A stretch of 64,000 nt of DNA from Candidatus Fervidifonticultor secundus (GTDB taxonomy: Bacteria > Sysuimicrobiota > Sysuimicrobiia > Sysuimicrobiales > Humicultoraceae), in assembly GCA_031459385.1 (NCBI GenBank), contig JAVKIP010000002.1:96355-160354 (forward strand). Reading direction: 5' to 3'. Every line of letters starts with the position of its first letter. The stretch's first letter is position 1. Below the pieces are notes generated by a model. That model made no database searches and was not told where the DNA came from. It saw only the letters and a list, made by a program, of their open reading frames with translations. Both the position numbers and the translations under genes were made by a program. Below are positions 50,057 through 60,950 of this stretch, piece by piece.

Positions 50057-52705
50057 TCACTGGAGCCGGCGCTCGCGGGCCGTCCGCGACGCCTCGCGCT
50101 GGCGTCGCACGCGCTCGCGCAACTCGGCCAGCGTCTGGAGCGCCTGCAGCGGTGTCATGCCCTCCACAGGCAGGGCCAGCAGCTCGTCCTCCAGCGGCGA
50201 GGGGAGTTCCAGGGCCAGGGGGAGCTGGCGGGCTCGCCGCGCGCGCGCGGGCAGGGGCGGCGCGTCAGGCTCGCGCGGCCGCGCCGCCGCGGCCTCCAGC
50301 TGCCGCAGAATCCGTCGCGCCTCGTCCAGGACCTCCTCGGGCATCCCAGCCAGCTGGGCCACATGGATGCCGTACGATCGGTCGGCGCGGCCGTCGGTGA
50401 CCTCGTGCAGGAAGACGATCCGGTCCCCCTCCTCCCGCACGCGCATCGCCACGTTGTGCACGCGCGGCAGCAGGTCGGCCAGTTCCGTGAGCTCGTGAAA
50501 GTGGGTGGCGAACAGGGTGCGGGCCCCGATGCGGTCGTGCAGGTAGCCCACGACCGCCCAGGCCAGGCTCATGCCATCGTAGGTGCTGGTCCCGCGGCCT
50601 ACCTCGTCCAGGATGATGAGGCTGTGCCGTGTGGCGCCCAGCAGGATCCGGGTGACTTCCTGCATCTCGACGAGGAACGTGCTGCGGCCCGCGGCCAGGT
50701 CGTCGATGGCGCCGACACGGGTGAAGATGCGGTCGGCGATCCCCACACGGGCCGACGCTGCGGGCACGCACGCGCCCATCTGTGCCATGATGGTGATGAG
50801 CGCCGCTTGCCGCAGCAGCGTGCTCTTGCCGGCCATGTTCGGGCCCGTGACGATGAGGATCGCCCGGTCCTCGACGCGCAGGACGAGGTCGTTGGGCACG
50901 AACCGCTCGCCCTCCAGCAGCCGCTCCACGACCGGGTGCCGGCCACCGCGGATCTCCAGCACGGGCTCCTCGACCACGTCGGGCCGCACGTACCCATAGC
51001 GCTCGGCGACCTCCGCCAGGCTCAGGAGAGCGTCGGCCTCGGCCAGGGCGGCCGCCGTGGCCAGGAGCGCCTCAGCTCGTGCCGCCACAGCGTCGCGCAG
51101 GGCCACGAACAACTCGTACTCGCGGTCCCTGGTGCGCTCCTCGGCGCCCAGGATCTGCGCTTCCCGGGCCCGCAACTCGAGGGTAACATACCGCTCGGCG
51201 CCGGTGAGGGTCTGCCTGCGCAGGTAGTCTGCGGGCACCAGGTGCCGGTTGGCGTTGGAGACCTCGATGTAGTACCCGAAGACCTTGTTGAAGCCGACCT
51301 TCAGCGACTTGATGCCCGTCCGCGCGCGCTCTGCGGCCTCCAGTCCGGCGATCCACGCTTTGCCCTCCGCGGCGCCGGCGCGCAGATGGTCCAGCTCGGC
51401 GTCGTACCCGGGGCGGATGAGGCCGCCGTCGCGGGCCGAGAGCGGCGGGTCGGCGACGAGCGCCCGGGCCAGCAGCGTCGCCAGCTCCGGTTGCGCGTCC
51501 ACGCGCCCGGCCAGGTCGGCGAACCGCTCGTCGGGGATCGCCGCGAGGCCGACACGCGCGGCCGGCAGGCGCTCCAGGCACGCGCGCAGCGCGGCCAGGT
51601 CCTTGGGCGTGGCGCTCCCGTGGCCAACACGGCCCACGAGGCGCGGCAGGTCCGGAAACGCCTTGAGGGTGTCGCGCACGCCCTGGCGCTGCGCCCGGTG
51701 CGCCCGCGCCGCCGCCACCGCACGCTGGCGCGCGCGAATCGCCGTGACATCCACCAGCGGGCGCAACAGCCAATCGCGGAGCAGACGGCTCCCCATGGCG
51801 GTGACCGTGTCGTCCAGCACCTCCAGGATCGTGCCGCCGCGGCCGGAGTCGCGGGCGTTGCGCACGAGTTCCAGGTTCCGTCGCGTCGTCTCGTCCAGCT
51901 GGAGGCAGGCGTCGATGCTGTAGACCCGCAGCCTCCGCAGATGTGCCAGCGCCGACAGCTGGGTCTCGTGCAGGTACGCGAGCAGCGCGCCCGCCGCGCC
52001 GACGGCCAGGGGCAGGCCCTCGGCGCCGAAGCCGTCCAGCGTGGCCACGCGGAACTGCTGCAACAAGGTCCGGCGCGCGGCCGAGGGCTCGAACCACCAC
52101 TCCTCCACCGTCGTGAGCCGGACGTGGCCGAGGGCTGCGGCCAGGGTCGGGGCGTTGGCCTGCGCCACCAGGACCTCGCGTGGCTCGAACCGCGCAATTT
52201 CCTCGGCGATGCGTGGCAGCGCGTCGCCGCCGTCCCCCTGGGTCGCCAGGAAGTCGCCGGTCGTGAGGTCCGCCGCAGCCAGGCCCCAGGCCTCGCCGGT
52301 CCGGTGCACCGCCACCAGGTACCGATGTTCGCGTCCTGGGAGCAGCGAGGCGTCCATTACCGTACCCGGCGTGACGACGCGCGTGACCTCGCGGCGGACG
52401 AGCCCCCGGGCCTTCTTCGGGTCCTCGACCTGATCGCAGATCGCGACCCGGTAGCCCCGCTCCACGAGCCGGGCCAGGTAACTGTTCACCGCGTGGTAGG
52501 GTACCCCGCACATGGGCACCCGGCGTCCCTTCCCGGCTTCGCGCGAGGTGAGCACGATCTCCAGTTCCCTGGCGGCGACCCGGGCATCTTCGAAGAACAG
52601 CTCGTAGAAGTCACCTAGCCGGAACATCAGCAGGGCATCGGGATACCGGGCCTTGAGCTCCTGGTACTGCCGCATCATGGGGGTGAGCGGTCCGTCGCGC
52701 GTCAC
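50057..52705 (-). CDS. mutS: DNA mismatch repair protein MutS
   Basis: TPMMRQY, GDFYELF, TGPNMAGKST, STFLVEM, DEVGRGT, SYGIHVA. Confidence 0.97.
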   Translation of the reverse strand: MTRDGPLTPMMRQYQELKARYPDALLMFRLGDFYELFFEDARVAARELEIVLTSREAGKGRRVPMCGVPYHAVNSYLARLVERGYRVAICDQVEDPKKARGLVRREVTRVVTPGTVMDASLLPGREHRYLVAVHRTGEAWGLAAADLTTGDFLATQGDGGDALPRIAEEIARFEPREVLVAQANAPTLAAALGHVRLTTVEEWWFEPSAARRTLLQQFRVATLDGFGAEGLPLAVGAAGALLAYLHETQLSALAHLRRLRVYSIDACLQLDETTRRNLELVRNARDSGRGGTILEVLDDTVTAMGSRLLRDWLLRPLVDVTAIRARQRAVAAARAHRAQRQGVRDTLKAFPDLPRLVGRVGHGSATPKDLAALRACLERLPAARVGLAAIPDERFADLAGRVDAQPELATLLARALVADPPLSARDGGLIRPGYDAELDHLRAGAAEGKAWIAGLEAAERARTGIKSLKVGFNKVFGYYIEVSNANRHLVPADYLRRQTLTGAERYVTLELRAREAQILGAEERTRDREYELFVALRDAVAARAEALLATAAALAEADALLSLAEVAERYGYVRPDVVEEPVLEIRGGRHPVVERLLEGERFVPNDLVLRVEDRAILIVTGPNMAGKSTLLRQAALITIMAQMGACVPAASARVGIADRIFTRVGAIDDLAAGRSTFLVEMQEVTRILLGATRHSLIILDEVGRGTSTYDGMSLAWAVVGYLHDRIGARTLFATHFHELTELADLLPRVHNVAMRVREEGDRIVFLHEVTDGRADRSYGIHVAQLAGMPEEVLDEARRILRQLEAAAARPREPDAPPLPARARRARQLPLALELPSPLEDELLALPVEGMTPLQALQTLAELRERVRRQREASRTARERRLQ

Positions 52706-52864
52706 GGTCTCATGCTACCATGTCTCGCGCCGCCGGTCCCGGGCGACGACCGTCCCGCCGCGCGGCCGCCCGCTGGCGTGCCGGGCGCCAGCAGGCACCG
52801 GCGCGGGCCGGCGCGAATCCGTGGCTAGGAACGTCAGGCGACGATTCCGAAGGAGGACAGGAAC

Positions 52865-54547
52865 TTGGACATCACCGTCACGACCGACCTGAAGCATCGC
52901 AGCCGGACCGTCACCGACGGTCTCGAGCGGGCGCCCCACCGGGCCATGTTGCGGGCGACCGGCCTGTCGGATGAGGATCTGCGCCGTCCGTTCGTGGGGG
53001 TCGCCAGCACGTGGAACGAGGTCACGCCGTGCAACCTGAACCTGAACGCGCAGGCTCAGGCCGTGAAGGCGGGGCTCAGGGCGGCGGGCGGCTCCCCGCA
53101 GGAGTTCGGAACGATCGCGGTCAGCGATGCCATCGCCATGGGCCACGAAGGCATGAAGGCGTCCCTCGTCAGCCGCGAGGTCATCGCGGATTCGATCGAG
53201 TTGATGGCTCATGCCGAGTGCTTCGATGCGCTGGTCGCCATCGCCGGCTGCGACAAGAGCCTGCCCGGGTCGCTCATGGCGCTGGCGCGCGTCAACATCC
53301 CGGGGGTGTTCCTGTACGGCGGCACCATCCTGCCCGGGGAGTTCGAGGGGCGCGCCGTCACCGTGCAGGATGTCTACGAGGCGGTGGGCATGGTCGCCGA
53401 CGGCCGCATGCGTCCCGAGGCCCTGGACGTCCTGGAGCACACCGCGTGCCCCGGTGCCGGGGCCTGCGGCGGGCTCTACACGGCCAACACCATGGCCGCG
53501 GCGGCCGAGGCGCTGGGCATGATGCTGCCGGGAGTTGCGTCGATCCCGGCCCTGGATCCCCGGCGACCGGAGGCCTGCCGGCGCACGGGGGCGGCCGTCA
53601 TGCGGCTGCTGCAGGAAGGCATACGGCCGCGCGACATCCTGACCAGGCAGGCGTTCGAGAACGCCATTCGCGTCGTGGTCGCCATGGGGGGCAGCACCAA
53701 CGCGGTCCTGCACCTGCTGGCGATCGCGCGCGAGGCCGGCGTGCCGCTGGCCCTGGAGGACTTCGACCGGCTCAGCCGCACGACTCCCCACATCGCGGAC
53801 ATGCGGCCGGGCGGGCGCTACGTCATGGCCGACCTGGACCGTGCGGGCGGTGTGCCCGTGGTGATGCGCGGGTTGCTGGATGCGGGGCTGCTCCATGGCG
53901 ACTGCATGACGGTCTCCGGCCGCACCGTGCGCGAGAACCTCGAGGGCACGCCGCCGGTCGCCGAGCCCGTGGTGGTCCCCGTCACCCGTCCCCTGGAGCC
54001 GGAGGGCGGTCTGGCCATCCTCACCGGCACGCTGGCACCCGAGGGCGCCGTCATCAAGACCGCGGGCGTACTCCAGAAGACGCACCGCGGTCCGGCCCGC
54101 GTCTTCGATCGCGAGGAGGATGCCTTCAGCGCCGTCGTGGCCGGGCGGATCCAGGCCGGGGACGTCGTCGTCATCCGCTATGAAGGGCCGAAAGGTGGCC
54201 CCGGGATGCGGGAGATGCTGGCGGTGACAGCGGTGCTGATGGGCAAGGGCCTCGGTCCCCATGTGGCGCTCGTCACCGACGGACGCTTCTCGGGCGCCAC
54301 CCACGGGCTGATGGTGGGCCACGTCGCCCCCGAAGCCGCTGCCGGGGGACCCCTGGCGCTCGTGCAGGACGGGGACGTCATCGCTGTTGACATCCCGGCG
54401 CGGCGCCTCGACCTCGAAGTCCCGTCCGACGAGCTGGCGCGGCGCCGGGCGGCGTGGACGGCGCCGCCGCCCCGCTACAGGCATGGGGCCCTGGCCAAGT
54501 ACGCGCGCCTGGTGACCTCTGCGTCCCTCGGTGCTGTCTGCGGCTGA
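52865..54547 (+). CDS. ilvD: Dihydroxy-acid dehydratase
   Basis: TTG start after [50 protein letters not shown]. Confidence 0.95.
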   Translation: MDITVTTDLKHRSRTVTDGLERAPHRAMLRATGLSDEDLRRPFVGVASTWNEVTPCNLNLNAQAQAVKAGLRAAGGSPQEFGTIAVSDAIAMGHEGMKASLVSREVIADSIELMAHAECFDALVAIAGCDKSLPGSLMALARVNIPGVFLYGGTILPGEFEGRAVTVQDVYEAVGMVADGRMRPEALDVLEHTACPGAGACGGLYTANTMAAAAEALGMMLPGVASIPALDPRRPEACRRTGAAVMRLLQEGIRPRDILTRQAFENAIRVVVAMGGSTNAVLHLLAIAREAGVPLALEDFDRLSRTTPHIADMRPGGRYVMADLDRAGGVPVVMRGLLDAGLLHGDCMTVSGRTVRENLEGTPPVAEPVVVPVTRPLEPEGGLAILTGTLAPEGAVIKTAGVLQKTHRGPARVFDREEDAFSAVVAGRIQAGDVVVIRYEGPKGGPGMREMLAVTAVLMGKGLGPHVALVTDGRFSGATHGLMVGHVAPEAAAGGPLALVQDGDVIAVDIPARRLDLEVPSDELARRRAAWTAPPPRYRHGALAKYARLVTSASLGAVCG

Positions 54548-54637
54548 CGCGGTCCTCCCGGAGAACACGACCCGGCCGGCGCACGTACCATGAGGAGGAG
54601 ACCCGAGATCGTCGGACCGACAGGAGGGCACTCGACC

Positions 54638-55084
54638 ATGCGCGGGCGACACCTGGTGGCACTCGTTGCGACCCTGGCGCTCGTTGGCGCCGCCCCGGTG
54701 GCCTACGGCCAGGACATCTTCGGCATCATCAAGACCCTCGGCGTCGCATACGCGGTGCGCACGTTCGCACCGCAGATCAACAACTTTATCAACGACCTCC
54801 TGCAAAACCGCGGGGTGGCGGTGCGGGAGCAGACCAAGGTCGTGCCCATCCTGAGCATCGCCATCGGCGTGGGCAACCCGGGCGGAGCCTACATCGGAGC
54901 GGCCCAGGTCTCAGGGCCGGCGGCCGCCGTCGCCCGGGTCGAGGCGGTGGCGCTCCTGGAGGCGGATTTCCAGACCGCGTTCCGGATCAAGGCGTACGTG
55001 CCGGTGGACAATCTGAAGCCGTGGGAGGCCTTCCGCCGCGTGCCGGGCGTCGGCGTCTCGGCCATCATCGATCTGCGGATCTGA
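54638..55084 (+). CDS. Secreted hypothetical protein
   Basis: RBS AGGAGG; signal peptide ending AYG; strong GC3 coding bias. Confidence 0.75.
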   Translation: MRGRHLVALVATLALVGAAPVAYGQDIFGIIKTLGVAYAVRTFAPQINNFINDLLQNRGVAVREQTKVVPILSIAIGVGNPGGAYIGAAQVSGPAAAVARVEAVALLEADFQTAFRIKAYVPVDNLKPWEAFRRVPGVGVSAIIDLRI

Positions 55085-55127
55085 TCCGTTTGGGCGGCCC
55101 GGCGCGGGCATGACGCCCCAGCGGCGG

Positions 55128-55223
55128 TGGCGGAGGGCCCTGGGAATCGAACCCAGCCCGGACCGAGCAGGCCCAGCGACCGGTTTTGAAGACCGGGGCC
55201 CGCACCAGCGGACACTGCCCTCC
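55128..55223 (-). tRNA. selC: tRNA-Sec(TCA)
   Basis: GGAGGGCA.., 6-bp D-stem GTCCGC/GCGGGC, anticodon arm CCGGT-CT TCA AA-ACCGG, long variable arm, GCCA end; near selAB; promoter TTGCGT-17-TACAAT upstream. Confidence 0.93.
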
Positions 55224-55286
55224 CCGCACAGCCGGCGCTGCACGAGCATTGTACGGGGCGCATCCCGCGCACGCAAGGCAGCCGCG

Positions 55287-56459
55287 ATGGTGGCTCTGGC
55301 CGCGCTGGTCAGCGGCGTGGACACCGCGCGGCCCGCTGCGGGTGGGGCGCCCTGCGTCATCGTGGAAGGCACGGGCATCGGTACCCTCCGGATTGGGCAG
55401 AGAGTCGCCGAGGCGCTCGCCGCCGCCGGCGGCGTCACGCAAGAGCGCCCCGCGGGCCGCGAGACGCTCTATACCCTGCGCGCGCCGTGGGCGGAACTGG
55501 CGGTCGTCGGTGGCCGCGTCGAGCGCATCTCGACGCGGTCCCGCGAGTGCCGCACGGCCCGGGGACTTGGCGTGGGCTCATCGGCGGCAGCCGTGCGGGC
55601 AGCGTACGCCAGTGAGCCGGCCAGCGTGGTGGTTGCGGTGGCGGGCGGCGACCTGTTGAGCTACCCGTTCGCCGGCATTCGTTTCCTCCTCAGCGGCGAC
55701 CGGGTTGTGGCCGTCGAGGTCCTGCCGGCGGAGCGGCTGAGTCGTACTCCCTCCACCCCGACCCCGGCAGCCACGGCGACACCGGGGGCGCCGGGTGTGG
55801 CGTCGCCCGCGGCCACGGGCTGGACGCTTGGACGGCTCTCGGCTACGGTCGACAACCTGATCCTCGTGGTCTCGGGCGTCGTGACCAACCGCGGCCGCGC
55901 CCAGGCCGCCTACGCCGAGGTGCGGGCGCTGGGTCCGGACGGGGTGCCCGTCGCCCAGGGAGATGCGCCCCTGGTGCCCACGCCCGTGCCTGCCGGCGGC
56001 ACCGCTACGTTCGAAGTCCGGCTCGCGATCGACACCGTGGTGCGGCGGTATGTCGTGACGATCCGACCGGCCGGGTCGCTCACGGCATCGCTGGCCGATG
56101 CGGCAGGCGAGATCACGAACCTGCAGCAGTTCGCAGGCATCGTGGCCCGACAGCTCCAGATCGCGGTCGCCGTCCAGGCGACCCCCCCGACGGGCGACGA
56201 CTTCCTGGTGGTAGTCACCAACGGCAGCGGCGTCGTGGTCGCGAGCGTCGCGGTCGCCGCCGAAGTGACGGTGACGTGTCGCATCGCGGTGCCGACACCG
56301 CGTATCATTCAGGAGGTGCGTACAGGCAGCGCGGTCGTGGTGCAGATCCGGCCCGGGGGACAGGGCCGGGCCCCGCTGCCGCTATCGCCCGGGGCTTGCG
56401 CCGGGTTCGCCACGTGGACCGCCTCGACACGGGTCGGCGAGGTTCGGATCGGGGAATAG
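55287..56459 (+). CDS. Putative secreted protein with FxLYD/Ig-like domains (start uncertain)
   Basis: VSGVVTN..AYAEVRA..TATFEV; paralogous to the downstream ORF. Confidence 0.65.
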   Translation: MVALAALVSGVDTARPAAGGAPCVIVEGTGIGTLRIGQRVAEALAAAGGVTQERPAGRETLYTLRAPWAELAVVGGRVERISTRSRECRTARGLGVGSSAAAVRAAYASEPASVVVAVAGGDLLSYPFAGIRFLLSGDRVVAVEVLPAERLSRTPSTPTPAATATPGAPGVASPAATGWTLGRLSATVDNLILVVSGVVTNRGRAQAAYAEVRALGPDGVPVAQGDAPLVPTPVPAGGTATFEVRLAIDTVVRRYVVTIRPAGSLTASLADAAGEITNLQQFAGIVARQLQIAVAVQATPPTGDDFLVVVTNGSGVVVASVAVAAEVTVTCRIAVPTPRIIQEVRTGSAVVVQIRPGGQGRAPLPLSPGACAGFATWTASTRVGEVRIGE

Positions 56460-56526
56460 GTAGTTTCGGAGCTCGGAGCGGCCGCCGGCGCGTCGAGCCC
56501 CGCACCCGGAATCTCAGGAGGTCGCC

Positions 56527-57318
56527 ATGGGATATCGTCGCTGGCTCGCCGTGCTGGCACTGACGGCACTCGTGATCCCCGCGGTGCCGACGCCGGGGAA
56601 CAGCGCGCCGACGCCAGGTCCGTCACCGGGCGCATCGCCCTCCCCGGCGCCCAGCCCGTCGCCGACGACCGCGCCGGGCACCTGGCGCGTGCGGTCATCG
56701 GCGGCCCGGGTCGAGAACACCGACCTGGTGGTCACCGGCACGGTAGAGAACCGCGCCATGGCCCAGACGGCCTACGCGGAAGTGCGTGCGTTCGACGCGG
56801 CCGGGCGCCTCCTCGGCGAGGGGAACGCCCCCCTGCAGCCCGCGTTGGTACGGACCGACAGCACCGCCACCTTCGAGGTGCGGGTCCCGGTGTCGGCGAT
56901 CGTGCGGCGCTACGAGGTCATCATCCGCGCGGCGAACCGCACGACGGTGCTGGCCCGCCACGTGGCCGAGATCCGGACACCGGAGATCTTCGCGCCACTG
57001 GTCGCCCGGATGCTGCAGGTCACGGTGCGGGCCACGAAGCCCGATCCCGGCCGCGCAGACTTCGTGGCCACGGTGACCAACGGCGCGTCGCTGCCGGTGG
57101 AGAGCGCGGTGGTCACCGTGGATGTGAAGGTCACGTGCCGCCTGGGCGTACAGGCCCGGTTCGTCGAGGAGACCTGGACCGCGACGGTGCGCGTGCAGCG
57201 CCTCGCCGTCGGGGCCTCGGCGGACGTGCCCCTGGCGCTCACCGGTGGCGTCTGCGAGGGCGTGGCGGTCTCGTGGTCGGCATCGTACCGACCGGGTGAG
57301 GTGAAGATCGGATCGTGA
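56527..57318 (+). CDS. Secreted protein with FxLYD/Ig-like domains
   Basis: RBS AGGAGG, signal peptide, Pro/Ser linker, VTGTVEN..AYAEVRAFDAAG..TATFEV. Confidence 0.75.
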   Translation: MGYRRWLAVLALTALVIPAVPTPGNSAPTPGPSPGASPSPAPSPSPTTAPGTWRVRSSAARVENTDLVVTGTVENRAMAQTAYAEVRAFDAAGRLLGEGNAPLQPALVRTDSTATFEVRVPVSAIVRRYEVIIRAANRTTVLARHVAEIRTPEIFAPLVARMLQVTVRATKPDPGRADFVATVTNGASLPVESAVVTVDVKVTCRLGVQARFVEETWTATVRVQRLAVGASADVPLALTGGVCEGVAVSWSASYRPGEVKIGS

Positions 57319-57357
57319 ACAGGCGGTCCGCGCGCCCGCCGCTACCAGGGAGCCCGG

Positions 57358-59274
57358 CTACCCAGGAGCCCGCGGGCCGGCCGCGGCTTCGGGGCCAAGC
57401 ACCCGGCGGTCTCCAACGCGGCGCGTAACGCGCATCGCGTCGAAGTACTCGAGCAGCGCCAGCGCGTAGCGCCGGCTGGTGCCCAGCCGGTCGCGCAGCG
57501 AGGCCACCGTGATCTCGTCGCCCTCGGCCGCCATGGCCACGACCGTGCGGCGCGCCGCGTCGAGGGCCGAAGTGGCGATGCGCAGATCCGGCGCGATGAC
57601 GACCACCTCCCCGTCGTCCGCGAGCACCTGGAGTACGGCCTCCACGGCCGAGGCCGGCCCCAGGCGCTTGAGCTCGTCCACCGTGGGCGGCGCCCAGGCC
57701 GTCCGCCGCAACTCTGCCAGCACGAGGTCGCGCAGCCGGCGCTGGGCGTCGGTGAGCACCGGGGTGAACCCGGCCCGCGCCACGAACCCGCGGTCGATCA
57801 CGACGCTACCCGCAGCCAGCAGGTCGGCCAGCACAGCGTCGAAGAGGTGGTCTCCCCCGTCGGCTACACGCGTCTTGAGCTCTTCCCTGGGGATCCCGCG
57901 GCGCCAGGGGGCCGTCCGGTGGTGGTCGTCGAGCGTCTGTTCGATGACCTGGCGCAGGCGAGCCACCACGGGTGCCGCGTAGAGGCGCCCTGCCAAGCGC
58001 ACCACCGCACCCGTTGCCCGTGCGCGCTCCAGCGCCTCTGCGGCCCCCGCGGGGGCCAGGCCCGCTGCCGCCGGGAGTTCAGCCGGTGCGAGGCCGCGGT
58101 GCGCGCCCTCGGTCACGGCGGCCACCACCAGCGCCACGGGACCCTCACGTTCCACCGCTTCGAGCACGGCACGGATCTCGGCGCGTCGCTCGCGCCGTGG
58201 CGGCGACGCCCGCAGCACGATCCCGCCTCCCAGCGTCTGGGTCGGCGAGTACCGCCGGATGACGAAGCGATCGCCATGGACTGCCACGACGGGGCGCTCG
58301 AGCCGGATCTCGGCGAGCACCCCGCTGCTCGGTGCCAGGCCATGGCGATCTGCCAGGACGACCCGGCCGACGGCAACCCCCGCACCCAGGTGCACGTGGA
58401 CGGGCGCCCCGTGGCGCAGGGCCGGCGCCGCGGGCAGCACCTGCAGGCGGACGTCCAGGCGCGTCGTGGGGCGAAAGGCCCCCGGCGTCGCCAGGACGTC
58501 GCCCCGCTCCACTTCGTGCTTCTCGACGCCGCTGAGATTCACCGCGACTCGACTCCCGGCCCACGCCTCCCGGACCGTCTCCCCGTGCACCTGCAGTCCG
58601 CGCACTCGCACCGACCGGCCAGCCGGGAGGATCTCGAGTGCGTCGCCCGGCCGCACGGTTCCGCTCCACAGCGTGCCGGTAACCACGGTCCCGAATCCCT
58701 GGATCGTGAACGCCCGGTCGAGGGGCAGGCGCACCGGCCCGCTGGCATCACGAGCAGGCAGCGCAGCCACGAGGCTGTCGAGGATCGCCACCAGTGCCGG
58801 CAACCCCTCGCCGGTTTTCGCCGACACGGCCACCACCGGCGCACCTTCCAGCGGCGACCCGATCACCAGGGCACGGATCTCCTCGGAGACGATCTCGAGC
58901 CATTCGGGTTCAGACACGAGATCGGCCTTGGTCAGCACCACGACGCCGCCGGTCACGGGGAGGAACCGCAGGATATCCAGGTGTTCGCGGGTCTGGGGCA
59001 TCACGCCCTCGTCTGCTGCGACCACCAGCATGACGAGATCTAGCCCGCCCGCACCGGCCAGCATATTGTGCACCAGTGCCTCGTGCCCGGGGACGTCTAC
59101 GATCCCGACGCGCACGCCGCTGGGCAGGTCCAGGTGCGCGAAGCCCAGGTCCAGGGTCATCCCCCGGCGCTGCTCCTCCGCGAGCCGATCCGGATCGATG
59201 CCCGTGAGCGCCCGCACCAGGGCACTCTTCCCGTGGTCGATGTGCCCGGCGGTGCCGATCGTGACCGGCCGCAT
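57358..59274 (-). CDS. selB: Selenocysteine-specific elongation factor
   Basis: [28 protein letters not shown]-terminal winged helix [13 protein letters not shown]. Confidence 0.95.
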   Translation of the reverse strand: MRPVTIGTAGHIDHGKSALVRALTGIDPDRLAEEQRRGMTLDLGFAHLDLPSGVRVGIVDVPGHEALVHNMLAGAGGLDLVMLVVAADEGVMPQTREHLDILRFLPVTGGVVVLTKADLVSEPEWLEIVSEEIRALVIGSPLEGAPVVAVSAKTGEGLPALVAILDSLVAALPARDASGPVRLPLDRAFTIQGFGTVVTGTLWSGTVRPGDALEILPAGRSVRVRGLQVHGETVREAWAGSRVAVNLSGVEKHEVERGDVLATPGAFRPTTRLDVRLQVLPAAPALRHGAPVHVHLGAGVAVGRVVLADRHGLAPSSGVLAEIRLERPVVAVHGDRFVIRRYSPTQTLGGGIVLRASPPRRERRAEIRAVLEAVEREGPVALVVAAVTEGAHRGLAPAELPAAAGLAPAGAAEALERARATGAVVRLAGRLYAAPVVARLRQVIEQTLDDHHRTAPWRRGIPREELKTRVADGGDHLFDAVLADLLAAGSVVIDRGFVARAGFTPVLTDAQRRLRDLVLAELRRTAWAPPTVDELKRLGPASAVEAVLQVLADDGEVVVIAPDLRIATSALDAARRTVVAMAAEGDEITVASLRDRLGTSRRYALALLEYFDAMRVTRRVGDRRVLGPEAAAGPRAPG

Positions 59275-60677
59275 CACCGGTCGGTCACGAGCACCCGGGC
59301 GACGGCATCACGAATCGCCTGCTCGTCACCGGGGAGCAGTGTCAAGGTGTCGAGCAGCAGGGCGTCGTCGCGTACGACGCCGACCACCGGACGCGAAGCC
59401 CTGCGCAGGCGGCGAGCCCATTCGGCTGCCGGGGTCTGGGTCGGCTGCACCGCCACGGCATAGGATGGGATCGGCACGTCGGGCAACGCCCCCCCGCCCA
59501 TCTCGCCCTGCGTGGGGACGACGCTCACGCGGGCAGATGGACCGCACACGCGCGCCAGGGCCCGGGCCAGCGTCGTCGCCCGGCGGCGCCGGCGCGAGAG
59601 GGACGTCGCCAGCATCGCCAGCACCGGGATCTCCCGCCAGGCCTGTGCCGGATCCAGGTAGGCGCGCAGCGTCGCGGCCAGCGCAGCCAGGCTGAGCTTG
59701 TCGAGACGCACGGCGCGCGCCAGGGGATGGCGACGGCACCGCTCGACTGCCTCCCGCCGTCCCACCAGCACACCGGCCTGCGGGCCGCCAAGCAACTTGT
59801 CGGCGGAGAAGAGCACCAGATCGGCGCCCGCGGCCACCGCGGTCTGTACCGTCGGTTCCTGTGGCAGGCCGACCGTCCGCAGGTCCACGAGGCACCCGCT
59901 GCCCAGGTCGTAGACCACCGGCACTCCCCGCTGCCGGCCCAGCGCCACCAGTTCGTCGAGGGCCGTCTCGTGCACAAAGCCGCGGACGGTGAAGTTGCTC
60001 CGGTGCACCTTCAGCAGCACGCCGGTCGCCGGGCTCAGTGCGGCTTCGTAGTCGGCCCGATAGGTACGGTTGGTGGTGCCGACCTCCACCAGCCGGGCAC
60101 CGCTCTGTGCCATCACGGCCGGCATCCGAAAGCTTCCGCCGATCTCCACCAGTTCGCCCCGGCTGACCACGGCCTCCCGGCCGGCGCTCAGGGCTGCGAG
60201 CGCCAGCGTCACGGCCGAGGCGTTGTTGTTGACCGCGAAGCCGGCTTCGGCGCCGGTCGTGGCGCGCAGCAGGTCCTCCAGGTGCGCATGGCGGTTTCCC
60301 CGCCCCCCGCTGTCCAGGTCGATCTCCAGCGTGGCATAACCGAGCATTGTCTGGACCACGGCCAGGCGGGCAGCTTCGGACAGGGGAGCCCGCCCGAGGT
60401 TCGTGTGCAGCACGATGCCGGTGGCGTTGATCGCAGGCCGCAGGGAGCCGCCGAACTGGCGGTCGAGGCGAGCGGCCACCTCTGCGATCAGGCCGTCCAC
60501 CGAGACGCTGGCCTCGCCGCCTGCACGCAGGCGTCTGCGCACGGCATCGAGCGTCTCGCGCGCGCAGAGCGTCGCTGCCCGGCGCGGCAGGCCCGCCAGC
60601 TGCCCACGGGCCTGCAGGGCGCCCACCAGCCGGTCAACCGACGGGAGCCGCCGGAGCGCGGCGCGGGGGTCGTCCAT
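59274..60677 (-). CDS. selA: L-seryl-tRNA(Sec) selenium transferase
   Basis: [51 protein letters not shown]. Confidence 0.95.
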   Translation of the reverse strand: MDDPRAALRRLPSVDRLVGALQARGQLAGLPRRAATLCARETLDAVRRRLRAGGEASVSVDGLIAEVAARLDRQFGGSLRPAINATGIVLHTNLGRAPLSEAARLAVVQTMLGYATLEIDLDSGGRGNRHAHLEDLLRATTGAEAGFAVNNNASAVTLALAALSAGREAVVSRGELVEIGGSFRMPAVMAQSGARLVEVGTTNRTYRADYEAALSPATGVLLKVHRSNFTVRGFVHETALDELVALGRQRGVPVVYDLGSGCLVDLRTVGLPQEPTVQTAVAAGADLVLFSADKLLGGPQAGVLVGRREAVERCRRHPLARAVRLDKLSLAALAATLRAYLDPAQAWREIPVLAMLATSLSRRRRRATTLARALARVCGPSARVSVVPTQGEMGGGALPDVPIPSYAVAVQPTQTPAAEWARRLRRASRPVVGVVRDDALLLDTLTLLPGDEQAIRDAVARVLVTDR

Positions 60678-60691
60678 CGTCGCGTGCCCGC

Positions 60692-60904
60692 CTACCGCAG
60701 CAGGCTTCCCAACACGAGGGCGCCGGTCGCCACGATTACCGTCACCACTCCCAGCCGGACCAGATCGGCTCGCAGCCATCGCATGAGCTCCTCGGGCCGA
60801 TCGGTCACCGCCACCGGGCCGCTCGTCGCCCGCAGCCGTGTCCCACACCGTGTGCAGACGATCTTGCCTGCAGGGTTCTCTGTACCGCATCGCTGGCAGC
60901 GCAT
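60692..60904 (-). CDS. Small zinc-ribbon membrane protein
   Basis: CQRCG-x8-CTRCG plus C-terminal TM helix. Confidence 0.75.
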   Translation of the reverse strand: MRCQRCGTENPAGKIVCTRCGTRLRATSGPVAVTDRPEELMRWLRADLVRLGVVTVIVATGALVLGSLLR

Positions 60905-60950
60905 CTTCCGGCTCCTCTCGTCCGACGGATCGGCGCCGCCCGAATCGCGC

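Noticed and set aside
54545..54640. ilvD ends AVCG-TGA in frame with the next ORF, suggesting Sec readthrough
   Set aside because: GAVCG is a normal IlvD C-terminus, the next gene has its own RBS and signal peptide, and no convincing SECIS was seen
55110..55286. N-terminal part of the 449-aa ORF
   Set aside because: Runs antisense through tRNA-Sec and its promoter
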